Numbered from the stretch's first letter, positions 18,350-26,231 are shown. The stretch: 40,015 nt of DNA from Candidatus Hydrothermarchaeaceae archaeon (GCA_036446855.1 JAZFTU010000153.1:1-40015); one strand, 5' to 3'. The notes: generated by a model from the letters alone, not told the origin. Made by a program: numbers and translations.

Positions 18350-18846
18350 TCAATCTTTATAACAATCTCTTTTTTAGTCACAGGCACCAGTTTTTTTAAT
18401 TCTAATTTCGTATCATCTTCCAATGTGAATTTATTAATTGAGGTATCCGGCGGTTTTCCGTTTATCTCGAAGATATAATAGCCCTCCTCGCCATCGACAG
18501 ACGTTACAAACTCTTTATCCCCAATGTTTTCTACCTTTACCCCAGAAATTTCCTTGAGCACATCAAGAACGCTCGTCCCCCTCTTTATATTTACATCAAA
18601 CACCTGCCCCAAAAAATCCAGGGAGTTGTATATTCTATCGGTTTTTGCCCTTATTACGTGTGTTCTCCCAAATTTTTGTCGTTCGACAAGGCCTGCTTTC
18701 TCTAATATATTAACGTGCCTTGCTGCGACCGGTACGGAGATTTTGACGTCCTTTGCAAGGCCTGTTATGTGCTTCTCTTCTCTTATTAGAGATTTTAGCA
18801 TCTCTCGTCTAGTCTTGCATCCCAATGCCTTAAACATATTACCCAT
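18346..18846 (-). CDS. ArsR-family HTH regulator fused to a C-terminal beta-grasp-like domain (DUF4430-like by pattern)
   Basis: wHTH: ALGCKTRREMLKSLIREEKHITGLAKDVKISVPVAARHVNILEKAGLVERQKFGRTHVI. There is no ELCVCDL-type metal-site cysteines. C-terminal ~90 aa: GTSVLDVLKEISGVKVENIGDKEFVTSVDGEEGYYIFEINGKPPDTSINKFTLEDDTKLEL. Confidence 0.8.
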   Translation of the reverse strand: MGNMFKALGCKTRREMLKSLIREEKHITGLAKDVKISVPVAARHVNILEKAGLVERQKFGRTHVIRAKTDRIYNSLDFLGQVFDVNIKRGTSVLDVLKEISGVKVENIGDKEFVTSVDGEEGYYIFEINGKPPDTSINKFTLEDDTKLELKKLVPVTKKEIVIKID

Positions 18847-18854
18847 TAGGGTAA
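18839..18854. promoter_or_regulatory. Perfect palindrome TTACCC-ATTA-GGGTAA spanning the ArsR-fusion start codon
   Basis: Read directly: ttaccc (18839-18844), atta, gggtaa (18849-18854). It sits between a TATA-like TTTAAATATTT (minus-strand reading) and the ATG at 18846. It is related to the palindrome at 20125-20142. Confidence 0.35.
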
Positions 18855-18863
18855 CATAAATAT

Positions 18864-19541
18864 TTAAAAGTAGCGGTAGAAATAACCCTGAGAAAATCCT
18901 ATCTCCACAATTATTGCGACGCCCAAAAGGATGCCAAAAATTCCTGCAAGAGTTCTGATTTTCATGTTAAGATTCTCAAAATTCTCTGTAGCAGCCAGGG
19001 GGAGCCCAATTGCAGTGCTTATAAGTAGCATTCCAAGAAGAGATCCTAATCCGAAGATTAGGATATAAAAAATGCCCTGTGTCACGGTATCCATAGTGGA
19101 CAGAACAATGAGCAAGAGTGCACCGCTTCCAGCAAGTCCGTGAATCATACCAACAACAAATGACTTGTGCACGTGACCGTGTGAATTTTGTGGGTTATGG
19201 GAATGGAGATGGCGGTGTTTAGCTCCGCTGTGTGTATGGCGATGCATATGAATCTTAGATAGTACTGAAAATCCTAAAAGTACCAAAACAACACCAATAA
19301 AAAGCTCCATGGAGAGGACAATTTTTTTAGGGATGGATATCTTAAAAATAAGCAGGAGCAAACCAACAAATAGTAGGGTTATTGCATGTCCCAATCCCCA
19401 AAAGACGCCAAGGAGGGAAGATTTACTAAAGTCCCTGTTTTCACTGACTATTGCAGACACGGCCACTACATGGTCTGCATCCAGGGCATGCTTAAGTCCC
19501 AGCATAAAACCTAAAAACAGTATGGTCCAACCTGCTTCCAT
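18864..19541 (-). CDS. NicO/NiCoT-type nickel/cobalt permease with a His-rich loop
   Basis: LGLKHALDADHVVAV (HxxDADH signature), His-rich loop HMHRHTHSGAKHRHLHSHNPQNSHGHVH, and six or more hydrophobic helices. The track ORF begins at a TTG (19592). ATG 19541 (MEAGWTILF) fits the TATA at 19571-19578. Confidence 0.8.
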   Translation of the reverse strand: MEAGWTILFLGFMLGLKHALDADHVVAVSAIVSENRDFSKSSLLGVFWGLGHAITLLFVGLLLLIFKISIPKKIVLSMELFIGVVLVLLGFSVLSKIHMHRHTHSGAKHRHLHSHNPQNSHGHVHKSFVVGMIHGLAGSGALLLIVLSTMDTVTQGIFYILIFGLGSLLGMLLISTAIGLPLAATENFENLNMKIRTLAGIFGILLGVAIIVEIGFSQGYFYRYF

Positions 19542-19562
19542 GGTAATACTTTTTTGAAAATA

Positions 19563-19588
19563 GTAACACCATAAATACTTTATGTTAC
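19563..19588. promoter_or_regulatory. Inverted repeat GTAACA-N14-TGTTAC bracketing the TATA-like box of the Ni/Co permease gene (candidate NikR-type operator)
   Basis: gtaaca (19563-19568) and tgttac (19583-19588). The spacer contains ATAAATAC (19571-19578), about 33 nt upstream of ATG 19541. Confidence 0.3.
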
Positions 19589-19663
19589 CCAAGGCTTTAC
19601 ACTTTAATTCTATTTTGCACTTTTATTCACTCAAAATCAATAGTTTAGATGCAAAGCTGTTAC

Positions 19664-20080
19664 CTAAAGTCCCTTCCCGGTAGAAGTCATTACCAATTTT
19701 CCATGTTTTACACCGCTTGAGGCAATCAAAGTATCTGCCAGGCTTCTCGTCTCATTTGCCTTTCCCCTGATTACAAGTACTTCAATGCAATTGTGCTCGT
19801 CGAGATGTACGTGCATGCTGGAAAGCACGTTCGCATGATGTGAATGTTGCAGTTCAATTAGCCGGTTTGAAACTCCCCTGGTATCATGGTCGTAAAGAAG
19901 GGTTAAAGAGCCTACAGAATCATCCTCTTCCCCCTCCCACTCCTGCTGTACAATAAAGTTTCTAATAACGTCTCGAATACCCTCAGACCTGCTTTTATAA
20001 CCCTTTTCCTTAAGGATTTTGTCGAATCGCATCAATAATTTAGGGGAGATTGTTGAGCTGAATCTTACTACTTTTTCCAT
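19664..20080 (-). CDS. nikR: Nickel-responsive regulator NikR (ribbon-helix-helix plus C-terminal metal-binding domain)
   Basis: RHH region: VVRFSSTISPKLLMRFDKILKEKGYKSRSEGIRDVIRNFI. C-terminal His/Cys metal-site region: HSHHANVLSSMHVHLDEHNCIEVLVIRG. The track start at 20092 is TTG. ATG 20080 lies 26 nt from TATA TATTTAAA (20103-20110), which is consistent with a leaderless mRNA. Confidence 0.9.
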   Translation of the reverse strand: MEKVVRFSSTISPKLLMRFDKILKEKGYKSRSEGIRDVIRNFIVQQEWEGEEDDSVGSLTLLYDHDTRGVSNRLIELQHSHHANVLSSMHVHLDEHNCIEVLVIRGKANETRSLADTLIASSGVKHGKLVMTSTGKGL

Positions 20081-20124
20081 ATTTTTATTCAAGGGGTATT
20101 ACTATTTAAATTTTTTTTAATACC

Positions 20125-20142
20125 GTTATCCAAATGGGTAAC
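20125..20142. promoter_or_regulatory. Palindrome GTTATCC-AAAT-GGGTAAC between the divergent nikR and cbtB/cob TATA boxes
   Basis: Read directly. 7+7 nt with one mismatch and the same 4-nt spacing as the palindrome at 18839-18854. The 10-mer GGGTAACATA occurs at 18849-18858 (+), 19581-19590 (-) and 20136-20145 (+). I did not see it elsewhere by eye. Confidence 0.35.
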
Positions 20143-20202
20143 ATATATTATCTATATGAATACATTTATAAAGACAATTTGTGTTGATATATCGGGATAC
20201 AA

Positions 20203-20376
20203 ATGTCAGAAGCAATATATGAACGATTTGGATTTAAGTTGGGTGTAAAACCCCAAATGTTGATAATATTTGCAATGATGGTTGCCGTACTGTGGGCTGT
20301 GTTTTTTTCTAGTACACCGGAGTTTCATGACAATTTTCATGTACTTCGACACTCCGCAGGTTTAGCCTGCCATTGA
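20203..20376 (+). CDS. cbtB: CbtB-like small cobalt-transport protein (57 aa, missed by the ORF track)
   Basis: My own translation is MSEAIYERFGFKLGVKPQMLIIFAMMVAVLWAVFFSSTPEFHDNFHVLRHSAGLACH. It has one TM helix and a C-terminal H-x3-H-x2-RH-x5-CH tail, like the HDxRHxxGFPCH end of CbtB. TATA TTTATAAA (20165-20172) lies about 31 nt upstream. Confidence 0.6.
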   Translation: MSEAIYERFGFKLGVKPQMLIIFAMMVAVLWAVFFSSTPEFHDNFHVLRHSAGLACH

Positions 20377-20445
20377 GTGGCATAAGCTGGCACAGACCAT
20401 CTATTTTCATTTTAATGCAGGTTGTTGAGTTAAGGATCCCAATTA

Positions 20446-20844
20446 ATGAAAACTGGTATTGTAATAGTAGGTCATGGAAGCCGGGTCCCGGAAAGCAGGG
20501 GCATTTATGAGGAAATAGCCGGGAAGGTGGGGACAAAGTCAGGCCTGGATGTTCGGGTCGGCTATATGAAGCACTGGCATCCCACTCTTGTAGAAACCAT
20601 AAGCGCCATGATAGAGGAAGGGATAAAAAAGATTGGCATCGTTCCGGTGTTCCTTCTTCCAGGTATGCACGTCATAGAGGACATACCTATCCTCCTGGGC
20701 ATCAAGAAAGGAAAAATTCCAGAGTTTGGTTATGAGAAAATCGATATCCCCGAAGACGTCGAAATTTTTTACGGCAGACACATTGGCGCAGATGACAAAC
20801 TTGCGGAAGTTGTTCTCGACCGCGTAAATGAGGTATTAAAATGA
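20446..20844 (+). CDS. cbiX: Small class II chelatase CbiX(S)/CfbA (sirohydrochlorin cobalto- or nickelo-chelatase)
   Basis: 132 aa. IVIVGHGSR and VPVFLLPGMHV carry the catalytic His residues of small CbiX. Confidence 0.9.
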   Translation: MKTGIVIVGHGSRVPESRGIYEEIAGKVGTKSGLDVRVGYMKHWHPTLVETISAMIEEGIKKIGIVPVFLLPGMHVIEDIPILLGIKKGKIPEFGYEKIDIPEDVEIFYGRHIGADDKLAEVVLDRVNEVLK

Positions 20845-21425
20845 ATGCAAAAGAAATCGAGGAGGAAAGCTTCAAAATAATAGAGGAGCAGATGAATTGC
20901 ACCTCCCCGGAAAAGGCAGTCATAAGAAGGATAATCCATGCCACCGCAGATTTCACCTATGCCGATAGGACCGTGTTCAAAAATGACGCCATTCGAAGGG
21001 GTATTGATGCAATAAAATCCAAAAATCCAATCATCACCGATGTCTCCATGGTCAAAGCAGGCATATCCAGGTATGATGGGGAGGTGAAATGCCTCATCAA
21101 CGAAAAAGAGGTTCACAAGCTTGCCGAAAATTCAAATGGTACACGGGCGGCCTCTGCATTTCACGTATTTAAGGGTGACCTAGAAAACGCTATTGTAGCG
21201 ATAGGTAATGCCCCATCTGCATTATTTGAACTTTGCGCTCTTATAGACGAAGGGATAAGACCATCTCTAATCGTTGCTGCACCGGTGGGATTTGTAGGCG
21301 CAAAGGAATCAAAGGAGAAAAGTTTAACGTACGATGTCCCATGCATTGCGGTGAGGGGGGAGAAGGGCGGAAGCAGCATTGCCGTTGCCATAATAAATGC
21401 CCTTATACTGTTATCCGAGGAGTAA
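20841..21425 (+). CDS. cbiC: Cobalt-precorrin-8 methylmutase
   Basis: RIIHATADF and AIGNAPSALFEL. ATGA overlap with cbiX. Confidence 0.9.
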   Translation: MNAKEIEEESFKIIEEQMNCTSPEKAVIRRIIHATADFTYADRTVFKNDAIRRGIDAIKSKNPIITDVSMVKAGISRYDGEVKCLINEKEVHKLAENSNGTRAASAFHVFKGDLENAIVAIGNAPSALFELCALIDEGIRPSLIVAAPVGFVGAKESKEKSLTYDVPCIAVRGEKGGSSIAVAIINALILLSEE

Positions 21426-21427
21426 GA

Positions 21428-22534
21428 ATGGAAAATTGCATACAAAAAAATGGAAAGATTCTGAGGCGAGGCTACACAACAGGTACATGTGCTGCTGCTG
21501 CTGCGAAAGCTGCCGTTAGCGCGCTCTTTTTTAAGGATATAGACGATGTCGAAATCACTTTGCCTGCCCAAGAAAAGGTCACCCTGAAGGTCGCAAATCG
21601 CAAGCTTGCAAAAGGTATGGCAAGGTGCTGCATAATAAAAGATGCCGGAGACGACCCGGACGTTACTCACAAAGCACAAGTATGCGCCTCGGCAAGAAAG
21701 ATAAAAGAAGGAGTAGAACTTAAGGGCGGAAGCGGCATCGGAATTGCAACAAAACCCGGCCTTCGGATAGGGGTTGGAGAACCTGCGATAAACCCTGTGC
21801 CAAGGAAGATGATTATACAAGGAATCCGGGAGGTTCTGCCAGATGGCAGGGGCGTGGAAGTCACTATCCATGTTCCTGAAGGAAAAGAACTTGCTAAGCG
21901 CACGATGAACGAGAAGCTGGGCATTGTGGGAGGAATTTCCATTTTAGGCACCACAGGCATTGTGGAGCCCAAATCCGAGAAAGCGTTCATGGACTCACTT
22001 GTACCGCAGATAGATATCGCTCTGGCAAAGGGCCATTTCGAAGTAGTTTTAACCCCGGGCAGGATTGGAGAGAAGAACGCGATGGCCAGAGGTATCCCTG
22101 AGGATGCGATTGTCCAGTCAGGTAATTTCATAGGGTTCATGCTTGAAAAGTGCGCTAGTAAGGGGGTGAAAAAAGTCCTGCTCTTCGGGCACCTGAGCAA
22201 AATTACCAAGGTTGCAGCAGGTTTCTTTGACACGCACAGTAAAGTTGCGGACTTTAGACTTGAAACCATAGCAACCCACGCCTCGTCGTCAGGTGCTTCC
22301 AAAAATGTTTTGGAGAGCATCATGAGCGCAAACACTGCAGAGCATGCGATGGAAATCTTAAGAGAAAACAAATTGCTAAAAGTCTTTGATTCCATCGCAA
22401 AAGAGGCAGGGATGAGGGCCAAAGGATACGTTGAAAACGGGATGGAGATAAGTGTGGCACTGATGTCACTCAATGGGGAGCCGGTGGGGAGATATAACCT
22501 GAAGGCGTGCAGATGGGGAAAATCTTTGTCGTAG
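21428..22534 (+). CDS. cbiD: Cobalt-precorrin-5B (C1)-methyltransferase
   Basis: The start was chosen at MENCIQKNGKILRRGYTTGTCAAAAAKAA, the CbiD N-terminal signature, 2 nt after the cbiC stop. The track ORF start at 21233 lies inside cbiC. Confidence 0.9.
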   Translation: MENCIQKNGKILRRGYTTGTCAAAAAKAAVSALFFKDIDDVEITLPAQEKVTLKVANRKLAKGMARCCIIKDAGDDPDVTHKAQVCASARKIKEGVELKGGSGIGIATKPGLRIGVGEPAINPVPRKMIIQGIREVLPDGRGVEVTIHVPEGKELAKRTMNEKLGIVGGISILGTTGIVEPKSEKAFMDSLVPQIDIALAKGHFEVVLTPGRIGEKNAMARGIPEDAIVQSGNFIGFMLEKCASKGVKKVLLFGHLSKITKVAAGFFDTHSKVADFRLETIATHASSSGASKNVLESIMSANTAEHAMEILRENKLLKVFDSIAKEAGMRAKGYVENGMEISVALMSLNGEPVGRYNLKACRWGKSLS

Positions 22535-23700
22535 GAGTGGGACCAGGTTCTGGGGAGTTTATGACCCCGGCTGCAAAAAGCGCAGTGGACGATGCAGATA
22601 TGCTACTTGGCGGCAAGGGCGCCCTATCCATGTTCCCAACTAAAAAACCAAAAAGGGCCATTGGCGCAGATATGGACGAAGCCATGGAGTTTATTAGAAC
22701 TAACCGGAACTACAATATTGCAGTTCTGACTTCAGGAGACCCGGGTTTTTACAGCATTCTGGATTTGCTCTTAAAAACTTTTCCAAAAAACGATATCGAA
22801 GTCATTCCCGGAATAAGCTCAATGCAGCTTTGCTTTGCGAGGATAAGGGAGGTCTGGCACGATGCAGAGTTTGTCAGCGTGCATGGAAGGAGCATAAATT
22901 CCCTATCTCCTATAATATCCTGGTCTAAAAAGCTCGTGATTTTGACCGACCATATCTCACCCCCAAATATGGTTGCAGATTTTCTCCTGAAGAAGAGGAT
23001 ACGCGGCAGAGCCCGGGTATGCGACAGCCTTTCCAAACCATCGGAAACGGTCACCGAATCCTCGCTAGAGGAGATTTCTCGCCAGAGATTCTCGGGAAAC
23101 TGCATTTTCGTCTTTCAGCCCGATGCACAGGCAACTCAAAAGAGGTGGGGTTACAGGACATCCGGTATTCCTGACGAACTGTTCGAAAAGGAAAGTTCTC
23201 CTATGACCAAAGAAGAGATAAGGGTGATTACTCTTTCAAAAGCGAGGATTGCAGATGACAGCATAATTTATGACATAGGGGCAGGAACCGGATCGATTTC
23301 CATAGAGGCCGGTCTACTTGCCAGCAAAGGGCAGGTTTTCTCTATTGAAAAACTCCCAGAGAGGGTGAGCATTATCAAAAGAAATATCCGAAATTTCGGG
23401 GTTCTCAACGTAGAGGTCGTAACAGGTGAGGCGCCAGAAGCTTTAGAAAACCTGCCAGAGGCAGACAGGATAATCATAGGCGGGAGCAGCGGGAGGATAA
23501 GGGAAATCCTGCAAAAATGCAGGGAAAAGCTGAGAGAGGGGGGGATAATCGTGATAAACGCGGTTACTAAAAATACCCTGGAGGTAGCAACTCTCGCTTT
23601 AAAAGAGCTTGAGCTTGGTTATGAGGTGATACAGGTCAGAATAAACCGTAAAGGGGAAACGAAATTAAATCCGATTTCTGTTATTTATACAAGGAGGTAA
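22513..23700 (+). CDS. cbiET: Fused CbiE/CbiT: cobalt-precorrin-7 C5-methyltransferase plus cobalt-precorrin-6B C15-methyltransferase (decarboxylating)
   Basis: N-terminal half: IFVVGVGPGSGEFMTPAA...LTSGDPGFYS (tetrapyrrole methylase). C-terminal half: MTKEEIRVITLSKARIADDSIIYDIGAGTGSISIEA (CbiT SAM fold). Confidence 0.88.
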   Translation: MGKIFVVGVGPGSGEFMTPAAKSAVDDADMLLGGKGALSMFPTKKPKRAIGADMDEAMEFIRTNRNYNIAVLTSGDPGFYSILDLLLKTFPKNDIEVIPGISSMQLCFARIREVWHDAEFVSVHGRSINSLSPIISWSKKLVILTDHISPPNMVADFLLKKRIRGRARVCDSLSKPSETVTESSLEEISRQRFSGNCIFVFQPDAQATQKRWGYRTSGIPDELFEKESSPMTKEEIRVITLSKARIADDSIIYDIGAGTGSISIEAGLLASKGQVFSIEKLPERVSIIKRNIRNFGVLNVEVVTGEAPEALENLPEADRIIIGGSSGRIREILQKCREKLREGGIIVINAVTKNTLEVATLALKELELGYEVIQVRINRKGETKLNPISVIYTRR

Positions 23701-23704
23701 GTGA

Positions 23705-24763
23705 ATGGGTATAGAAGAAACGGTAGCCCAAATAAGGACGTTGGATGAAGAGGCAAAAAGGCAGGCTAGGGAGAGACAGGATTTATTGACAAAGCCCCAG
23801 GGAAGCCTTGGAATGCTTGAAGAACTGTCCATCAAGATTGCAGGTATTAAAGGCACCGCAAAGCCAGAGCTGCGAAGGAAGGTCATCTTCACGATGGCAG
23901 GAGACCATGGAGTAGTGCAAGAAGGGGTGAGTGCCTTCCCCCAGGAAGTAACATCTCAGATGGTCTTCAATTTCATCGCAGGGGGCGCTGGAATAAACGT
24001 GCTGGCTAAGCATGTTGGCGCAGAGGTCATCGTCGTGGACATGGGGGTTGCTTACGATTTTACGCCCAGCTCGAAGCTAGTGGACAAAAAGATAGCAAAA
24101 GGCACGAAAAACATGGTAAAAGGTCCTGCAATGAACAGAGATGAAGCCATAAAGGCCATAGGGGCGGGAATAGATGTTTTTGAAGATGAATTCAAAAAGA
24201 GGTCCATTGATATCGTAGGTATAGGGGACATGGGGATAGGAAACACCACCGCCAGTAGTGCCATTGCAGCTGCCATCTCAGGTAAAGAGGTGAGGGAGAT
24301 AACGGGAAGAGGTACCGGGATAAATGGCCAGGTCTTCGAGAACAAGGTAAATGTCATCAAAAGGGCCTTGGAGATAAACAAGCCGTCTAGGAAGGACCCA
24401 ATCGAAATTCTAGCTAAAGTCGGAGGTTTTGAGATAGGGGGCCTTGCAGGGGTTTGCCTTGCTGCGGCAGCCAGGGGAGTCCCAATAGTCATTGACGGAT
24501 TCATCGCCACCGCAGGTGCTATGATAGCCGTAGAGATAGCACCCATAGTACGGGATTATATGATAGCGGCCCATAAATCGGTCGAAGCGGGACACGTTAC
24601 TATGCTGGAGCATCTTGGGCTTTCGCCCTTATTGGACTTTAACCTTCGCCTTGGAGAAGGCACCGGAGCTGCCCTAGGAATTTCTATCGCTGAAGCGAGT
24701 GTGCGCATCCTTAGCGAGATGGCCACCTTTGAAGAGGCGGGAGTGAGCGAAGGAGAGGACTAG
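23705..24763 (+). CDS. cobT: Nicotinate-nucleotide--dimethylbenzimidazole phosphoribosyltransferase
   Basis: LTKPQGSLGMLEELS, GDMGIGNTTASSA and LGEGTGAAL. AGGAGG upstream. Confidence 0.9.
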   Translation: MGIEETVAQIRTLDEEAKRQARERQDLLTKPQGSLGMLEELSIKIAGIKGTAKPELRRKVIFTMAGDHGVVQEGVSAFPQEVTSQMVFNFIAGGAGINVLAKHVGAEVIVVDMGVAYDFTPSSKLVDKKIAKGTKNMVKGPAMNRDEAIKAIGAGIDVFEDEFKKRSIDIVGIGDMGIGNTTASSAIAAAISGKEVREITGRGTGINGQVFENKVNVIKRALEINKPSRKDPIEILAKVGGFEIGGLAGVCLAAAARGVPIVIDGFIATAGAMIAVEIAPIVRDYMIAAHKSVEAGHVTMLEHLGLSPLLDFNLRLGEGTGAALGISIAEASVRILSEMATFEEAGVSEGED

Positions 24764-24774
24764 AGGAACTGGAT

Positions 24775-25482
24775 ATGGCACTGGGCAAACTTTACGGCAT
24801 AGGTCTCGGTCCGGGAGATCCAGAGCTCCTGACTCTGAAGGCAGAGGCAGCCATAAAAAGAGCAGACGTCATTTGTGCTCCGGTGTCAAAGACGGGAGAA
24901 AGGAGTAGGGCCCTTGAAATAGTTAGGCACCTAGTAGAGGACAAAGAGGTTATTACTCCCCACTTCCCTATGCTAAAAGACCCAGAGGTGTTACGCCCAT
25001 ACTGGGAAAAGGCGGCAGAAGAGATTTATGTTAGAATTAGCCAGGGTAAAAGAGTTGCTTTCGTGACAATAGGCGATCCCGGCTTTTATTCCACCTTTTC
25101 CTCGGTAAGGAAGGTCGTCAAGGAAAAGTATTCTCAGGTAGAAATTGAGACTATACCCGGGATAGCCTCCCCTATGGCCTGCTTTGCCGGGCTAAATCTC
25201 CCTATTGTGGACAGGGGAGAAAAGCTGGCGGTCATACCTGCAGAATACGGTATCGAAGGACTTAGTGAACTACGCAAAATCTTCAGTACCATAGTTCTCA
25301 TGAAGGTATCGAGGAGTTTTGAGAAGATAGCAGACAAACTCACAGAGCTCGGTCTTAAGAAAGATGCCATACTCGTCTCAAAGTGCGGGACCGATGGTTT
25401 CTTTTCGTCTTCCATGGATAAACTGCCGGATAAGAGGGTGGATTTTCCCTCCATGATTATAATAAAAGATAAGAGAAAATGA
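24775..25482 (+). CDS. cbiL: Cobalt-factor II (precorrin-2) C20-methyltransferase
   Basis: LYGIGLGPGDPELLTLKA and VTIGDPGFYST. Confidence 0.88.
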   Translation: MALGKLYGIGLGPGDPELLTLKAEAAIKRADVICAPVSKTGERSRALEIVRHLVEDKEVITPHFPMLKDPEVLRPYWEKAAEEIYVRISQGKRVAFVTIGDPGFYSTFSSVRKVVKEKYSQVEIETIPGIASPMACFAGLNLPIVDRGEKLAVIPAEYGIEGLSELRKIFSTIVLMKVSRSFEKIADKLTELGLKKDAILVSKCGTDGFFSSSMDKLPDKRVDFPSMIIIKDKRK

Positions 25483-26231
25483 CTGTATATTTTATAGGTG
25501 CAGGTCCTGGTGACCCTGAGCTCTTAACACTGAAAGCAAAGCGGATTATAGAAAAGGCAGATGTAATTGTATATGCCGGCTCTCTTATTAATCCTGAGAT
25601 TTTAGAGTTTGCGAAGAAATGTCCAGATCTCTACGACAGTTCTGCCATGGCCCTTGAAGAGATAGTCGAGGTGATAGGAAAGGCCGTGGAGAGAGATAAG
25701 ACAGTGGCCCGTCTTCACAGTGGAGACCCGGGCATATACGGGGCCACGGGAGAGCAAATCCGCCGTCTTGAAAAGGAGGGAGCCTCCTGTGAAATTGTAC
25801 CAGGGGTCAGCTCTTTTCTGGCAGCATCAGCCCTGCTGGGCAAAGAATATACAGTGCCGGGGGGCTCTCAGACTATTATTCTGACCCGACTAAAAGGCCG
25901 AACCCCGGTTCCAAAAAGAGAAAAACTGAGAGAGCTTGCCAAACACCGTGCAAGCATGTGTATCTTTTTGAGTGTACATATGATTGAGGAAGTAGTAAGA
26001 GAGCTGAAATACGGGTATTCTGATGACACGCCTGCGGCCATCGTTTACAGGAGTTCATGGAATGATGAAAAGGTACTTGTTACCACCATTGATGCCCTCC
26101 AAAAAAAGGTGAGGGAGATGGGAATTAAAAAGACTGCCCTGATACTTGTCGGAAGGTTTCTAGACCCGCAAGGAGGGAGGTCCAGACTCTATGATAAGGA
26201 ATTTAAGCACGGATACAGGGGGAAGCCATGA
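25479..26231 (+). CDS. cbiF: Cobalt-precorrin-4 C11-methyltransferase
   Basis: VYFIGAGPGDPELLTLKA, IVYAGSLI and LHSGDPGIYGA. ATGA overlap with cbiL. Confidence 0.9.
   Translation: MTVYFIGAGPGDPELLTLKAKRIIEKADVIVYAGSLINPEILEFAKKCPDLYDSSAMALEEIVEVIGKAVERDKTVARLHSGDPGIYGATGEQIRRLEKEGASCEIVPGVSSFLAASALLGKEYTVPGGSQTIILTRLKGRTPVPKREKLRELAKHRASMCIFLSVHMIEEVVRELKYGYSDDTPAAIVYRSSWNDEKVLVTTIDALQKKVREMGIKKTALILVGRFLDPQGGRSRLYDKEFKHGYRGKP

Noticed and set aside
20093-20445. Possible cobalamin riboswitch in the long leader region upstream of cbiX.
   Set aside because: I could not find the conserved B12-box or the GGTG...AA.TCC / GCCACTG-type core elements. Only a loose AGCCTGCC resemblance is present. 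The region is better explained by divergent TATA promoters plus the 57-aa CbtB-like ORF. An Infernal scan with the cobalamin model would settle it.
20309-20536. A 75-aa minus-strand ORF spanning the cbtB-cbiX gap.
   Set aside because: It overlaps the starts and ends of two plus-strand genes that have clear signatures. It has no motif or promoter logic.
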